DNA from: Candidatus Latescibacterota bacterium
Lineage (GTDB): Bacteria; Latescibacterota; UBA2968; UBA8231
Direction: 5' to 3'
DNA length: 64,000 nt
Assembly (NCBI GenBank): GCA_965203175.1
Contig: OZ241867.1
Span: 2,432,001-2,496,000 of the forward strand
Part shown: positions 9,435 through 19,941 of the stretch, in pieces
Layout of the letters: each line of letters starts with the position of its first letter
Numbering within the stretch: the first letter of the stretch is position 1
Made by a program: the position numbers and the translations under genes
Notes under the pieces: model-generated
What the model was told of the DNA's origin: nothing
Seen by the model: only the letters and a program-made list of their open reading frames with translations
The model's database searches: none

Positions 9435-9935
9435 TTAGTCCTTGCAGCCAGCACCCAAGTGGGCGCGGATCTTTTTAAGTGCTTTGTACTCGCTGGCTCT
9501 GGCCGACTCCTCGCTGCACCCCAGCCGCGCGGCGATTTCGGCAAAGGGCCAGCCCTCGAAGTTGCGCAGGGCGAAGACCATGCGCTGGCGCTCGGGCAAC
9601 TCAGCGGCCAAGTCGCGCACCCGGTCCACGAGCAAGCGGTGCTCGGCGTCTTTGTCGGCATTGGCTTCTATTGCGGGATCTTCATCTTCGTAGAGTAGCG
9701 CTCGATGTTGATAGCGCCGGATTTTGAAGGCCGCGTTGGTCGCCACCCGGCAAAGCCATGCCTTGGGGTGGGCGATGAGCTCGCCGTGCACACAGGCGGC
9801 GTGGAAGCGCAAGAAGGTTTCCTGGAACACCTCCTGCGCCTCATCGGCATTGGCGACGATCTTATAGGCCACCTTGAGCACTAAGCGTCCGTAGTGCTCA
9901 ACGGCTTCGGCGCTTATGTCGGCTGGTCGGCGCAA
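9435..9935 (-). CDS. ECF RNA polymerase sigma factor
   Basis: Region 2 (EAQEVFQETFLR, KAWLCRVATN) and region 4 (LPERQRMVFALRNFEGWPFAEIAARLG). Confidence 0.92.
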   Translation of the reverse strand: MRRPADISAEAVEHYGRLVLKVAYKIVANADEAQEVFQETFLRFHAACVHGELIAHPKAWLCRVATNAAFKIRRYQHRALLYEDEDPAIEANADKDAEHRLLVDRVRDLAAELPERQRMVFALRNFEGWPFAEIAARLGCSEESARASEYKALKKIRAHLGAGCKD

Positions 9936-10091
9936 AACTTCCTCTCTGTATGGATGTCGATTAGGGCGACATACAGGATGCGAATGGCTAAGGATTGCAT
10001 TGAAGCCCTCCTTTGCGGAAGAGTGCGGGTTGGCCGGTAGCGCATTTGTCCTATATGATCCACAAGGCGCGACTATGTGAACCGCAAAAAT

Positions 10092-10120
10092 AAAAAAAAC
10101 CGCCTAGTTACCTAGGCGGT
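10092..10120 (-). terminator. Rho-independent terminator ending the surface-protein operon
   Basis: ACCGCCTAG/CTAGGCGGT stem followed by T8 on the minus strand. Confidence 0.8.
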
Positions 10121-10148
10121 AGCACAAATAGCTTTTGCGGCATGTCCC

Positions 10149-12797
10149 CTACCGCTCGACTCCCGAGTAAATCGTGATAAAGCTCCGCGTCGTCAATTCG
10201 CTCTGCCGACCTTCGAAGCTGGTCCGCGTTAGCTCAAAGCCCAAGGTCGTGGTCAATCGGTAGCCTAGGTAATCCGAGAAATTGATCAGTTGCGTCGTGG
10301 TGGTCAGCCCGCGGAAGCTATCTTCTGCACCGGGTGGCGTGGGATTTTGCAACTGCGAGAAGATCTCGTATTCCACGCCAACCGCGACAGTGCTGCGGCG
10401 CATCAGCGGGAAGCGGAATATCAGCATCAGCAGTTCGTCGAGTTCTAGGCGCGCTGGCGTCCCCGCAAGCACTGGCCGGCGGCGCGAGAATTCGCTCTTC
10501 CAACGCGGCATCAACGTCCACCTCCCTGAGCTCCAGCGGTACTCCGCCTTGTTGATCACTCCCAAAAACGAGGCTTGCTGGCGCAACCCCCTCAACTCCA
10601 AGTCGATCCGACCATCCAGTTGGCGGTGGAACTGCCACTTGGCCTTGTGCTCCAGACGCAACCCCGCAAAGGGCCGTTGCTCCCAGCCGAACCACGATGT
10701 GCCCAAGACGGTATTGCGCGCTGCGAGAGGATCCTCCACTCTGTATAGCGCCCCTCGCGTATTGGGCCGCTGCCTCCACTGGAGGACGGGATCGGCGATA
10801 TTGTCCCGCACTTTGCGCAGGTCTTGGAAGAGCCGCACCCGACCCCAGCGGTTGAAGTCGCGGTCGAGCGTCAACACCCCGTAGAGGGCTTGGTTGCGCT
10901 CCGCGGCCGCCAGGCGGCGCATATCCATCCTCCCCAGCATCAGCCGCACGCCCGGCAACAGATGGGCTCCGCCGAAGGCGTTGTAGCCCTCCCGATCGCG
11001 GCGATAGGGCAGGTCGGCTTCCTCGTCGTTTTCAAAGCGATCAATGGTGCCGTTGTGGTTCATGTCCAGCCCGTAGAGGAATTCGGGCCGGTCTGAATAG
11101 TAGCGCAGGAAGGGCTCCTCGTAGTCGGGGATCAGGTTCGGACTGTCCTCGTTGTCATTTTGATTGAAATCGGAAATAAAGTCGTTGTTCTCGTCCCATC
11201 CGGGAAAGATATAGCGATCTCCCGGTGCCCAGTCCTTGCGCTGCCAGTCGGGACGGCGATCCTGATCGTCGTTGTCATCGACGAACTCGTAGAGCTCGAA
11301 GTGGTTGCCGTAGTCGATTCCGCCCTCTTTGCTGGCGGTCATCATCGAGGTCTGGTAGGTCGGGTCAATGCTGAACGCCTCAAGTAAAAAGAAGTACGGG
11401 TAGGGCGTGCTGGAGAGGTTGGCGAACCAAGCTAGGGCCTCATCGCCAGCGGTGTGGTGCCGTTTGCGGTTGGGATTGGGGAACTGCCGGTAGCGGTTGT
11501 TGATGTCGATCTCCGCGTATCCGGCGAACCCGGCTAGGTCGGTCAACTCGAAGGTGAACCCGGCGATCTGGTTAGCTGTCGGCAGCCCGTAGTCGAAGGC
11601 CAACACGCGCTGGTTGGAGCCGTCTTGGACGTTGCCCCGGGCCTGGGCCACCGGCAGGAAGACCGTCACGTCGTCGGCGTTGACTTGATTGTCGGAGGCG
11701 ACTTCAATCAGGTAGTCGTTGGCCACTACCAGTTCCACTGCGATGCGGGTGATCTCGGTCGGGTCAACGCCGACATAGCCGGCGTCGGCTAGGTCGTAGC
11801 GCACCAAGATCTCCTCCAACCCGTCCGCGGCTAAAAAGCCCTGGCGCTGGAGGCCGCCCTCGATGAGTGGCCGGAAGCCGATCTCGCTGGCGCGCGTCTC
11901 GTTCCCCGCTAGGTCATACACCAGCAGGTCGCTGGCGAAGAGCGCTCCTCCTCCTTTGCCGTCCTCGGGGGAATCGTCGCGGATGCGGATCTCGATTGTC
12001 GTCACGGGCGTGAAATTCAGCGCCTCGGTGAGCTGTCCTTTGAAGATATCGCCGTTGACTGCCTGTCGCTGGGTCTGCGAGTGATGCGCGTTGACCAGCG
12101 TACCCCCGACCTTGACGAAGTCTCCTACTTGGACCTCGAGCCGGCCGCCAAACAAGTTGGTATTGTTGGTGCGCTGATCGGCCTGCGTCCCCCGGGCGGT
12201 GAAAATCACGTTGGGTGCTGAAATCCGCGACATCAACAGCGTGGCTTGGTACTTGTCGGCGGCGTAGTCGATCTGCATGCCGTTGAAGACCGCCTTGGAG
12301 AACGTCATGGGCGTCAGGGTGGTGCGGATGTAGTCGCCGACGGTGATGGCGTAGTGGTGCTCCCCCTTGTGGTCGGAGGCGATCACTAGGTTGCTGAACC
12401 AATTGCGGAAGTTATAGGTCTTATTCACCGAGCTGCCGAAGGGCTGGGGATTTTCCTGCCGCCAGTCGTAGATCAACCACCCCCGGGTCAGGAGATTTCC
12501 ATAGACGTCGTAAAAATAATAGCCCTCTAGCGCGGTGAAGACGTAGCGCTGGTAGTTTTCGCGTGCGTAGTTGGAGTATTCCCACTGATTCCAACGGTAT
12601 TCGGCGTAGAGCTCCTGCGGCACGTACCACTTGCGAACGGCGGGATCAAGCGCGTCGAAAAGCACACCGGGGCCTCGGGGCTCGTAGGTAACCCGGCCGC
12701 CGCGCTGGATGGTGCCCAAGCGGGCGCCGTAGTCTTGGGCTTGGGCGGCGTTGACCAAAAGAGCAGCAAGCAGGGACATCAGTATGCCGTATTTCAT
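10149..12797 (-). CDS. Uncharacterised ~880-aa exported protein, probable OM beta-barrel with acidic Ca-binding-like insert (paralog A1)
   Basis: Signal peptide (..AAQA|Q), alternating amphipathic C-terminal strands, Asp/Asn-rich loops; clear paralog of 14737..17406. Confidence 0.7.
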   Translation of the reverse strand: MKYGILMSLLAALLVNAAQAQDYGARLGTIQRGGRVTYEPRGPGVLFDALDPAVRKWYVPQELYAEYRWNQWEYSNYARENYQRYVFTALEGYYFYDVYGNLLTRGWLIYDWRQENPQPFGSSVNKTYNFRNWFSNLVIASDHKGEHHYAITVGDYIRTTLTPMTFSKAVFNGMQIDYAADKYQATLLMSRISAPNVIFTARGTQADQRTNNTNLFGGRLEVQVGDFVKVGGTLVNAHHSQTQRQAVNGDIFKGQLTEALNFTPVTTIEIRIRDDSPEDGKGGGALFASDLLVYDLAGNETRASEIGFRPLIEGGLQRQGFLAADGLEEILVRYDLADAGYVGVDPTEITRIAVELVVANDYLIEVASDNQVNADDVTVFLPVAQARGNVQDGSNQRVLAFDYGLPTANQIAGFTFELTDLAGFAGYAEIDINNRYRQFPNPNRKRHHTAGDEALAWFANLSSTPYPYFFLLEAFSIDPTYQTSMMTASKEGGIDYGNHFELYEFVDDNDDQDRRPDWQRKDWAPGDRYIFPGWDENNDFISDFNQNDNEDSPNLIPDYEEPFLRYYSDRPEFLYGLDMNHNGTIDRFENDEEADLPYRRDREGYNAFGGAHLLPGVRLMLGRMDMRRLAAAERNQALYGVLTLDRDFNRWGRVRLFQDLRKVRDNIADPVLQWRQRPNTRGALYRVEDPLAARNTVLGTSWFGWEQRPFAGLRLEHKAKWQFHRQLDGRIDLELRGLRQQASFLGVINKAEYRWSSGRWTLMPRWKSEFSRRRPVLAGTPARLELDELLMLIFRFPLMRRSTVAVGVEYEIFSQLQNPTPPGAEDSFRGLTTTTQLINFSDYLGYRLTTTLGFELTRTSFEGRQSELTTRSFITIYSGVER

Positions 12798-12826
12798 CAA
12801 TTGCCTTTTTAATAGTAGAACGAGCA

Positions 12827-14740
12827 TTAGTACGCCACCCCCATCGTCCCCAGATGCCGCTCCTCAAACGCGTCCGCCTGCACCCGCAATACCCACACAT
12901 AGGTCCCTGGCGCTAGCAACTTCCCATCCGGGGTCCTCCCGTCCCAACTGTAGCGCGCTGGCCCGATCCCCCGCTCCTCGGCAAACACCCTGTGCAGCCG
13001 CCGTCCTGCCAAGTCGAACACGTCCAGTGCCACCGGCGCCGACTCGACTAGCTGCAATAGGTTGAAAAACATCTCAAACTGGTCGTTGACCCCATCTCCA
13101 TTGGGCGTGAACACCCGCGCGACGACCGCGATCTCGCCGACTAGCTTGCCGATCTGCGGCTTGGGGATTTTCACGGCCAGCCCCGAAAGCTCGTCTTGGT
13201 CCGCTGGCCCGAAATCCACGACCTGTCCCGGCTCGACGATCTGCGGTACCGTCGGGAATTGGCTGTTGTAGGCGCGGCTGGAGAACGTGGTGCCGAAGCG
13301 GAAAATTGGCAGGTCATAGGTGAATTCCAGTACGGCCCCGTCTCTGTTTACCAGTGGAAAACTCAGCCGGAAGCCCTCCTGGTGCGCGTATTCTACTGCG
13401 AAATCCACCTCCTGCCCGTCCAAGCGCACGTTGCGGATATTCGCCACCGGCGCGTTGGAGTCCACGGCCAATGCGTCGTAGCCGCTCACCGCCCCGTTGG
13501 CCCGCAGCAACACCGCGTAGTGGAACGTCGCCGGCTTTTCCGCCTCGGCTAGCCGCGGAAAGACTTCGGCTCGGAGGGTATCGGCGATTGGCGGGTGTAA
13601 GTAGTCGAATTCGAGTCGATCGACGAGGCGCGTATCAAAGAGCCGGCCTGCAAAGGCAAACTGGAACTGGATAAAGCGCCGTGGCCCCGGTGCTGTTACT
13701 AGGCCGCCGTTCAACACGCGCTGCCACGGGCTCCAGTTTTCTTCGTCCTCCTGCGGCGGCAAGCGCTCGAGGCGGTCAAGCGACCAGTATTCGGCGGCGC
13801 TTACCTCCACGACGGTCGAGGGCGGTGAGAACGGATCTTCAGCCCCGACTCGCTGCCGATAGATGATTGGCGTATCGTCTAGCCCGGTGCGCACCCGTGC
13901 CGTCAAGCGGGAAAAGGGCGCTTCGCCAACCACCTCTTCTACCCAGCGCACCTCGCCGACGGTGGCGGGAGCCCCTAGATCGAGTAGGTCCGTCTGATAG
14001 GTCGCCCGGCTCAGGTAGCCCGTGCCATAGACTTCGATCTCGTCGATCTCGAAAGGCACTTCCGCTAGCGAACGCAACTTTATCAGCCGCACGTACTGGG
14101 GCTTGACGGCCACATCGACCACTGGGTCTTCGTTTTCCAACTCGCGGATCACCAAAATGTCTGGCGCGCCGCTGACGCGGTTGGTCTGCCTCGGGTTGAC
14201 CCACAGTTCGTACGCGCGCAGAAAGTCGTCTTGGTAGGGTTGGCGCGGCGTGGCCGCCACGGTGTTGCGCGGATAGAAGCGCACCCGCTGCACGCCTACC
14301 TGTTGGGCAAAGTCGAGGATGATGTAGATGCCGTAGGCCGGAACCTCTGGGTTGAAGGGGGTGGGTTTGCGCTCGAAGGCGGTGGTGTGGTCGCCGTTGA
14401 CGATGCCGCGGAGTTGGGCCTTGCGCAAATCGGTGTACTTGGTCATTGCATTGGGTGCCTTAATCGAGCCTTGGCCTTCGAGTACTAGGGAGGCGATGTT
14501 TTCCTCGCCGTCGAAAAAGCGCGGGCTGATCCATCCCGGCCGGTGAACGAACTCGACTGCGCCCACTAGTACGTTGCTCGTATCCACCTGTGACCTAGAC
14601 CGGGATCCGACCAAAAACTCGGGGTCAATGCCGTCGCCGCCGCCTGCCCAGTTGTGCTCAACGCCGCCGAGCACGAAGGTGCGGACTTGGCCATCGGCGG
14701 CCAGTGCTAGCAGCAACAGCACCGCGAAAGCCCAGTTCAT
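12827..14740 (-). CDS. Secreted protein with discoidin-like domain and FTPNGDG/FlgD-type C-terminal domain (B3)
   Basis: Signal peptide; ILDFAQQVGVQRVRFYPR, EIEVYG; C-terminus FTPNGDGVND...WDG...PGTY...GVAY. Confidence 0.8.
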   Translation of the reverse strand: MNWAFAVLLLLALAADGQVRTFVLGGVEHNWAGGGDGIDPEFLVGSRSRSQVDTSNVLVGAVEFVHRPGWISPRFFDGEENIASLVLEGQGSIKAPNAMTKYTDLRKAQLRGIVNGDHTTAFERKPTPFNPEVPAYGIYIILDFAQQVGVQRVRFYPRNTVAATPRQPYQDDFLRAYELWVNPRQTNRVSGAPDILVIRELENEDPVVDVAVKPQYVRLIKLRSLAEVPFEIDEIEVYGTGYLSRATYQTDLLDLGAPATVGEVRWVEEVVGEAPFSRLTARVRTGLDDTPIIYRQRVGAEDPFSPPSTVVEVSAAEYWSLDRLERLPPQEDEENWSPWQRVLNGGLVTAPGPRRFIQFQFAFAGRLFDTRLVDRLEFDYLHPPIADTLRAEVFPRLAEAEKPATFHYAVLLRANGAVSGYDALAVDSNAPVANIRNVRLDGQEVDFAVEYAHQEGFRLSFPLVNRDGAVLEFTYDLPIFRFGTTFSSRAYNSQFPTVPQIVEPGQVVDFGPADQDELSGLAVKIPKPQIGKLVGEIAVVARVFTPNGDGVNDQFEMFFNLLQLVESAPVALDVFDLAGRRLHRVFAEERGIGPARYSWDGRTPDGKLLAPGTYVWVLRVQADAFEERHLGTMGVAY

Positions 14741-17406
14741 AGCTTCAACCCCGCGTTGATGGTGATAAAAAGCAGGCTGGAGCGCTGGTCTTCGCTGTGG
14801 TCAAAATCGCGCCACAGCCACTGCGCTCCCACTCGGGTCACCAATTGGTAGCCGGCATAGGCCGCCCTGTTCGTTAGCTGGATCACCAGCGTCCGGCCCA
14901 TAAAGTCCTCTGCCACCTCTGGGTGCCTGCCCTCCAGCATCCAGAACCGACTCCACTCCAACCCGCATTGCAACTGGGTGTCGAAGATTTGGCGGCCGTG
15001 CCGGGCATAGTAACTGATCGAGACCTGCTCGGCTAGAATCGGCTGCACCCACAGCAGGGATAAGGTCTGTTCCAAGCTCTCCGCCACGGGTACCCGGCTG
15101 TGAAAGGGCCGGACGCGGCGATACTCGCTCTTCCAGCGCGGCTCCACCCGGCCCAGTCCCAACGGCACTGTCCACTCGGCTTTGTTGATCGCGCCGAGAA
15201 AACCCGACCTAGCGCGCCCTTCGCGGCCGCGGAGCGCCTCACTATCCCCGCGCTGCCACCAGCCCTCCCACTTGAAGCGGTGCATGTGGCGCAGACCCCA
15301 GCCAAAAGCCTGCTCCCAGTCGGCGTATAATGTGTTGCGCCAAGCGTTGTTCCCCGGCAGCCGATCCACAACAGTCCGCATCCGCCCCACCGCACCCACT
15401 GGCTGTACCCATTGCTCCAAGTCGTCCGGGATGTCGTCCCTGATGCGGGCTGCAAAATCGAAAAACCGCAATTGCCCGCCTCTAAGGCTCCAGCGCACCG
15501 CGGCCAGCGCGTACACCGCATGAGTCCGACCGTCCCCGGAAATCAGCCGCATCCGCTGGTGTCCCAGCGCCAGACTCGCATCCGGCCCCAGATGCCCGCG
15601 TGCGTACATATTGAAACCGCGATGGTCGCGCTTGTAGGGATAGTCGGGCAGGAGATCGTTCTCGAAACGGTCAATCACGCCGTTGTGGTTGAGGTCGAGG
15701 CCGAAGAGGTACTCGGGTCGGTCCGAGCGAAACCGCAGGAAAGGTTCCTCGTAATCGGGGATGAGATTGCGGTTCTGGTTGTGATCGTAGATGAAATCGC
15801 CGTTCTCGTCGTAGCCGGGAAAGGCCACCCGCGAGGAACTCTGGAAGGGCCGTTCCCATTCCGGGGTGCCGTCGTGGTCGTCGTCGTCATCGACGAATTC
15901 GTAGAGGTCGGGGGTCGGCGCTTGGTAACGGATATCGCCGTTGCCCTGCGCGAGCCAGTAGTTGGTCGAATAGCCATCGGACAGCGAGAACAACTCCCCG
16001 GCCATATCATAGGGATAGCGTTGGTAGGCCAGCTCGGCGTACGCGGCGTGGGCGTTTTTAACGAAGTGATGTAGGTGCTTGACATCCCGGCTGGGGTACA
16101 TGCCGTGCTGCCGGTTGACCACGGCCTCGCCTCGAAATGAGACGCCGTGCCACTCGACCAAGTCCCAATTGATCCCAAGCAGTTCGTTGGCGGTGGGCAA
16201 ACCGTAGTCTAGGCGCAGCACTCGGCTGTTGCTGTTGTCTTGGACATTGCCCGGCGAGCGCGCGACGGGGAAAAACACGATCTGCGGGTCGCGCCGATCC
16301 CCGTCGGTCTGCAAGTTCGAGGCCATCTCGACCCGGTAGTCGTCGGCGACCACCAGTTCGACTGCCGCCCGGCGCAAGGTAGCCGAGCGCAACCCTTCGT
16401 GGTCGAGGGCGGCGAAATCGTATTCGAGCAGGACCGTTTCCGAACCGTCGGCTACCAGCGCCCCAGCCCGCGTTCGCCCGCCCTCAATGCGCGGCAAAAA
16501 GCCGATTTCCCGCCCGCGCACCTGGTGCCCGCTGGTATCGACCAGCACGATGTCGTACCTGAACAGCGACGTGCCACTCACCCCGTCGGCTGGCGAATCA
16601 TCCCTGAGCTGCACCCACAGTTTGTTCAGCGACTTGTTCTGGCCGGTGGTCAGCGTCCCGGACAGAGGGTTACCGTACGTAATCTGCACTTGGCTTTGCG
16701 CGTTGTGGGCGTTGATATACGTAGCGCCGACGAGCGCCGCGTCGCTGGCTTGGAACTCGGCGTGGCCTCCCAACAGGTGCGTGGTATTGGTGCGGTCAGC
16801 CCTGTTCGGCTGGCTCGGCCGCGACAGCAGTAGGCTCCCCACGAGGCGCTCGTTGGCCCAGTCGAGGCGCAGTCCATTGAACTCGGTCTTATTGAAGGTC
16901 AAGGGCGTGAAGACGGTGAAGAGCTCGTCGCCGATCATCAACCGCGCGCTGGTTCCCCTGCTCTCGTCCGCGGCGATCACCAGATTCTGGAAGAAGCCCC
17001 AGTAAGGAAGTCCTTGGCGAATCAAGCTGCCATCGCGCTTAGCTTGCACCTGTTCCCAGGTATAGACCATCCAGCCGCGTCCTATGCGGTGGCCGAAGGT
17101 GTCGTACCACGGCTCGCCCTCTAGGCCAGGGTTCACGAGGGTCCGGTAGTTTTCTTGCGCGTAGGAGGTGCGGTCGCCGCTGTACCAGGGCCGCATATAG
17201 CTTTCGGCCAGATGCCGGGGCGCGTACCAGCGGTGCATTCGCGGCGTGACGTATTCTATCTCGAAGTGCGGCACTTCCCACGCGGTCACCGGCGGGCCCT
17301 GCAGCCCCCACCGGCTCGCGTCCGCACTTTGCGCCTCGACCGCTAGGGCGCGCAACGCGCAGCAGGCCAAGACGCACGCCAACCAAGCTCTGCTCCGTTC
17401 GGTCAA
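14737..17406 (-). CDS. Uncharacterised ~890-aa exported protein, probable OM beta-barrel (paralog A2)
   Basis: TTG start overlapping the upstream TGA (TTGA); shares RDDSP.DG, GNVQD.SN.RVL..DYGLPTAN, YEFVDD and IPDYEEPFLR..SDRPE motifs with A1. Confidence 0.7.
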   Translation of the reverse strand: MTERSRAWLACVLACCALRALAVEAQSADASRWGLQGPPVTAWEVPHFEIEYVTPRMHRWYAPRHLAESYMRPWYSGDRTSYAQENYRTLVNPGLEGEPWYDTFGHRIGRGWMVYTWEQVQAKRDGSLIRQGLPYWGFFQNLVIAADESRGTSARLMIGDELFTVFTPLTFNKTEFNGLRLDWANERLVGSLLLSRPSQPNRADRTNTTHLLGGHAEFQASDAALVGATYINAHNAQSQVQITYGNPLSGTLTTGQNKSLNKLWVQLRDDSPADGVSGTSLFRYDIVLVDTSGHQVRGREIGFLPRIEGGRTRAGALVADGSETVLLEYDFAALDHEGLRSATLRRAAVELVVADDYRVEMASNLQTDGDRRDPQIVFFPVARSPGNVQDNSNSRVLRLDYGLPTANELLGINWDLVEWHGVSFRGEAVVNRQHGMYPSRDVKHLHHFVKNAHAAYAELAYQRYPYDMAGELFSLSDGYSTNYWLAQGNGDIRYQAPTPDLYEFVDDDDDHDGTPEWERPFQSSSRVAFPGYDENGDFIYDHNQNRNLIPDYEEPFLRFRSDRPEYLFGLDLNHNGVIDRFENDLLPDYPYKRDHRGFNMYARGHLGPDASLALGHQRMRLISGDGRTHAVYALAAVRWSLRGGQLRFFDFAARIRDDIPDDLEQWVQPVGAVGRMRTVVDRLPGNNAWRNTLYADWEQAFGWGLRHMHRFKWEGWWQRGDSEALRGREGRARSGFLGAINKAEWTVPLGLGRVEPRWKSEYRRVRPFHSRVPVAESLEQTLSLLWVQPILAEQVSISYYARHGRQIFDTQLQCGLEWSRFWMLEGRHPEVAEDFMGRTLVIQLTNRAAYAGYQLVTRVGAQWLWRDFDHSEDQRSSLLFITINAGLKL

Positions 17407-19940
17407 TAGACCACCCCCACCAAGCTCGCGGCCTGGGTTTTTCCCGCACCCACGTCGGCGGCGAAAGCGACGCACACCAAATAGGTCCCCGGTCGCACCA
17501 GTGCCCCTGCGTCGTCGCGACCATCCCAAACCACGGAGTGGTCGCCGCTGGGGTTTTCCCGACGCAGCGAAAGCTCGCGCACCTTCCGACCGGACAGGTC
17601 GTAGATGCCGACCTCAATCCGCCTTTCCCGGATGAGGCGGTAGATGGTAAAGCGGATCTCGGCTTGGTCGTTTATGCCGTCGCCGTTGGGGGTGAAGACC
17701 AGGGGCAGCGAACGCACTCGGTCCAACAGGGGGAAGTTTTCCACATCGGCCACCACCACTAGCGACTGACTCGCAGCCAGCGACCCAGCGTCGCCCTCGC
17801 TTATCGCCTGGACGATCCCGGGTCGGGTTGCGCGTTTCAATTCGGCACCAAAGACAGTGCCGCTCAAAAACACCCGCGTGCGGAAACGCGCCTCGTACAA
17901 CGACCGCCCACCGGTGACCGGCGCGGGAAAAGCCAATTCCACCGATCCGTCCTCCAGCCGCTCTAGATCCAGCGGTCCCGGCCATAGCTCTCGTCCCGTG
18001 CCAGCGCGCAACTGCGCCTCGCTACCCTCCCGGAACGAGATCAGCTCAATCGGGACCGAGGACGACGAGTGCAGCCGGATTCGGTCAAAGCCGGAGTTTT
18101 CAGGACCAAAGATTGAGCGGATATACATGGAGAATAGCTGATCCTCCCCCGGTGCTACCCCATCTATCGGCCATACTTCGGCGAAGGTCTGGTCCACCAA
18201 CGGCGGCGCTAACTTGAGCCGCAAGCTCCGCATCTGTGCCGTGCGCAGCGGTTCTTGGGTCAAAAGCCGTATCTGCGCTTGGGCGAAGCGCCGGGGGCTT
18301 GGCGACTTGAATGGCTCCCCCGACGTTAGATAAACCGCGCTCCAGTTACTCCAGCCCGGCCCCGGGATTTCCCGGACTAGCACCTCGCCGCGGTTTTTCT
18401 CATAGCGGATGGCCTCCCACTCCTCCTGGCTGATTTCTTGCCCCACCACGTCGAAGTAACGCCGCTCCTCAATCACTTCGTCACCGCTGCGGGTGCGGAT
18501 CTCTAGCTGGGTGCCCGGGGGCTGGTCTCCATCCCATTCCACTGTGGAGAAAATCCGCGAGCGGCCTAGGCGGATAACGGGCGATTCGAGCTCGACTTCG
18601 GACACGTAGCCTTCGCCATAAGCCTGGATCTCGCTCAAGTTGCCCGTCTCGGTATGCTCGCCTACTATCACTAGCTCCAGACGCTTCAGTTCCAAATGGC
18701 GCACCTCCCGCAAGGGGAATTGTTCCTCTAGCTGCAGAAAGGACTCCCGATTCTGCCGCTCCTCCAAAGCTTCCCACACCAGCGAGCCATCGGGGCCTAA
18801 ACTGCCATCCGAGATCCGGAGCTGATAGGCGCTTAAAGGCCCCTCGGCGCTGACTAGGCGCACCCGATCCAGCCAGAACCGGGCTCCTAGGTCAATTAGG
18901 AGTTGGTTGCGGTCGCGCACCGAGTCGTAAATCTTCAACGGGTAGAAGGAACGGAAGAGGCCATCGGTCGCTAGCTCGAGCAGGATATTTTCGAAGATGC
19001 TCACGTTGCGGTTGCGGAGCCGCTGGGTCACAGTGACGACGTTGTCCCCTAGGGTATAGACCTCAAGCTCGGCCAAGCGCGGCCGCTCGCGGCGAAAATA
19101 GCGCACTAGGCCCCGTTCCTCCTCGGGCAAATCCCGATGCGTCTGCTCGTCGATTAGGATTTGGCGGCCGATGACCGTCTGGCGGAAGTACTCGACCGTC
19201 CCTTGGTCTTCAGGCGACAGCGCCTCGTAGGTAGCCCGATCTACTTCTGCGCCCCGCGTACTGTCCGAAGCCAACGCCTGAAAGCGCACGACCTGCGCCA
19301 CTTCTCCCTCGACTCCGGCGGGTAAGGGGCGCTGGGGACGGACCTCGAAGCTGAACTCCCGCTCTGTCTTGTTGGGGTACGTCACCTGCCCAACGCGGAA
19401 GAACTTCAACGGCCGCTCTGGATGTCCCCGCCCGTCCGAGAGCAGCACCCTAAACTTGAGGAAGGGATCGCCCTCTTGGGCAAAGCGCACGACCACCCTT
19501 TTGGCGATTACCGATCGCCCTAGTTCCACATCTACAAACCAGTCTTTTAGTGGGTCGGTCGGATCGGGCTCCCAGTAGGTGTCTTGGTCTCCGTCCATTA
19601 TGAAGGGTGCCTGCGCGGCGTTGCTGGCCGCCCTGCGGATCCCCCCCACCAACGTGTCGCCACCGGCCTCCGGGGTCTCGAACTCCATCGCGTTGAGTGC
19701 GGCGTTGATGTCGCGGCGCAGGAAGCGGGACAATACCACGCCTTCCGCCGTAATTACGTGCGTCCCCACAGGTGCCTCCCATTCGGCCCAGTGCGCCGCT
19801 TGGTCGATGACGACTTGGTCTCGCGTTAGCCGGTAGCTGGTCTGGGCGGTGAGGGTGAGTGGATGCGTCAACAATAGACAGAGTACCGCCGACCAAAATA
19901 CGCCGTCAGTCCGACTAGAAAACAGTCTGGTTTTCTTCAT
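17403..19940 (-). CDS. Secreted protein with two discoidin-like domains and FTPNGDG/FlgD-type CTD (B2)
   Basis: Signal peptide; DGDQDTYWEP, VELG, IDLG, EIQAYG; FTPNGDGIND...WDGRD...GVVY. Confidence 0.8.
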   Translation of the reverse strand: MKKTRLFSSRTDGVFWSAVLCLLLTHPLTLTAQTSYRLTRDQVVIDQAAHWAEWEAPVGTHVITAEGVVLSRFLRRDINAALNAMEFETPEAGGDTLVGGIRRAASNAAQAPFIMDGDQDTYWEPDPTDPLKDWFVDVELGRSVIAKRVVVRFAQEGDPFLKFRVLLSDGRGHPERPLKFFRVGQVTYPNKTEREFSFEVRPQRPLPAGVEGEVAQVVRFQALASDSTRGAEVDRATYEALSPEDQGTVEYFRQTVIGRQILIDEQTHRDLPEEERGLVRYFRRERPRLAELEVYTLGDNVVTVTQRLRNRNVSIFENILLELATDGLFRSFYPLKIYDSVRDRNQLLIDLGARFWLDRVRLVSAEGPLSAYQLRISDGSLGPDGSLVWEALEERQNRESFLQLEEQFPLREVRHLELKRLELVIVGEHTETGNLSEIQAYGEGYVSEVELESPVIRLGRSRIFSTVEWDGDQPPGTQLEIRTRSGDEVIEERRYFDVVGQEISQEEWEAIRYEKNRGEVLVREIPGPGWSNWSAVYLTSGEPFKSPSPRRFAQAQIRLLTQEPLRTAQMRSLRLKLAPPLVDQTFAEVWPIDGVAPGEDQLFSMYIRSIFGPENSGFDRIRLHSSSSVPIELISFREGSEAQLRAGTGRELWPGPLDLERLEDGSVELAFPAPVTGGRSLYEARFRTRVFLSGTVFGAELKRATRPGIVQAISEGDAGSLAASQSLVVVADVENFPLLDRVRSLPLVFTPNGDGINDQAEIRFTIYRLIRERRIEVGIYDLSGRKVRELSLRRENPSGDHSVVWDGRDDAGALVRPGTYLVCVAFAADVGAGKTQAASLVGVVY

Positions 19941-19941
19941 C

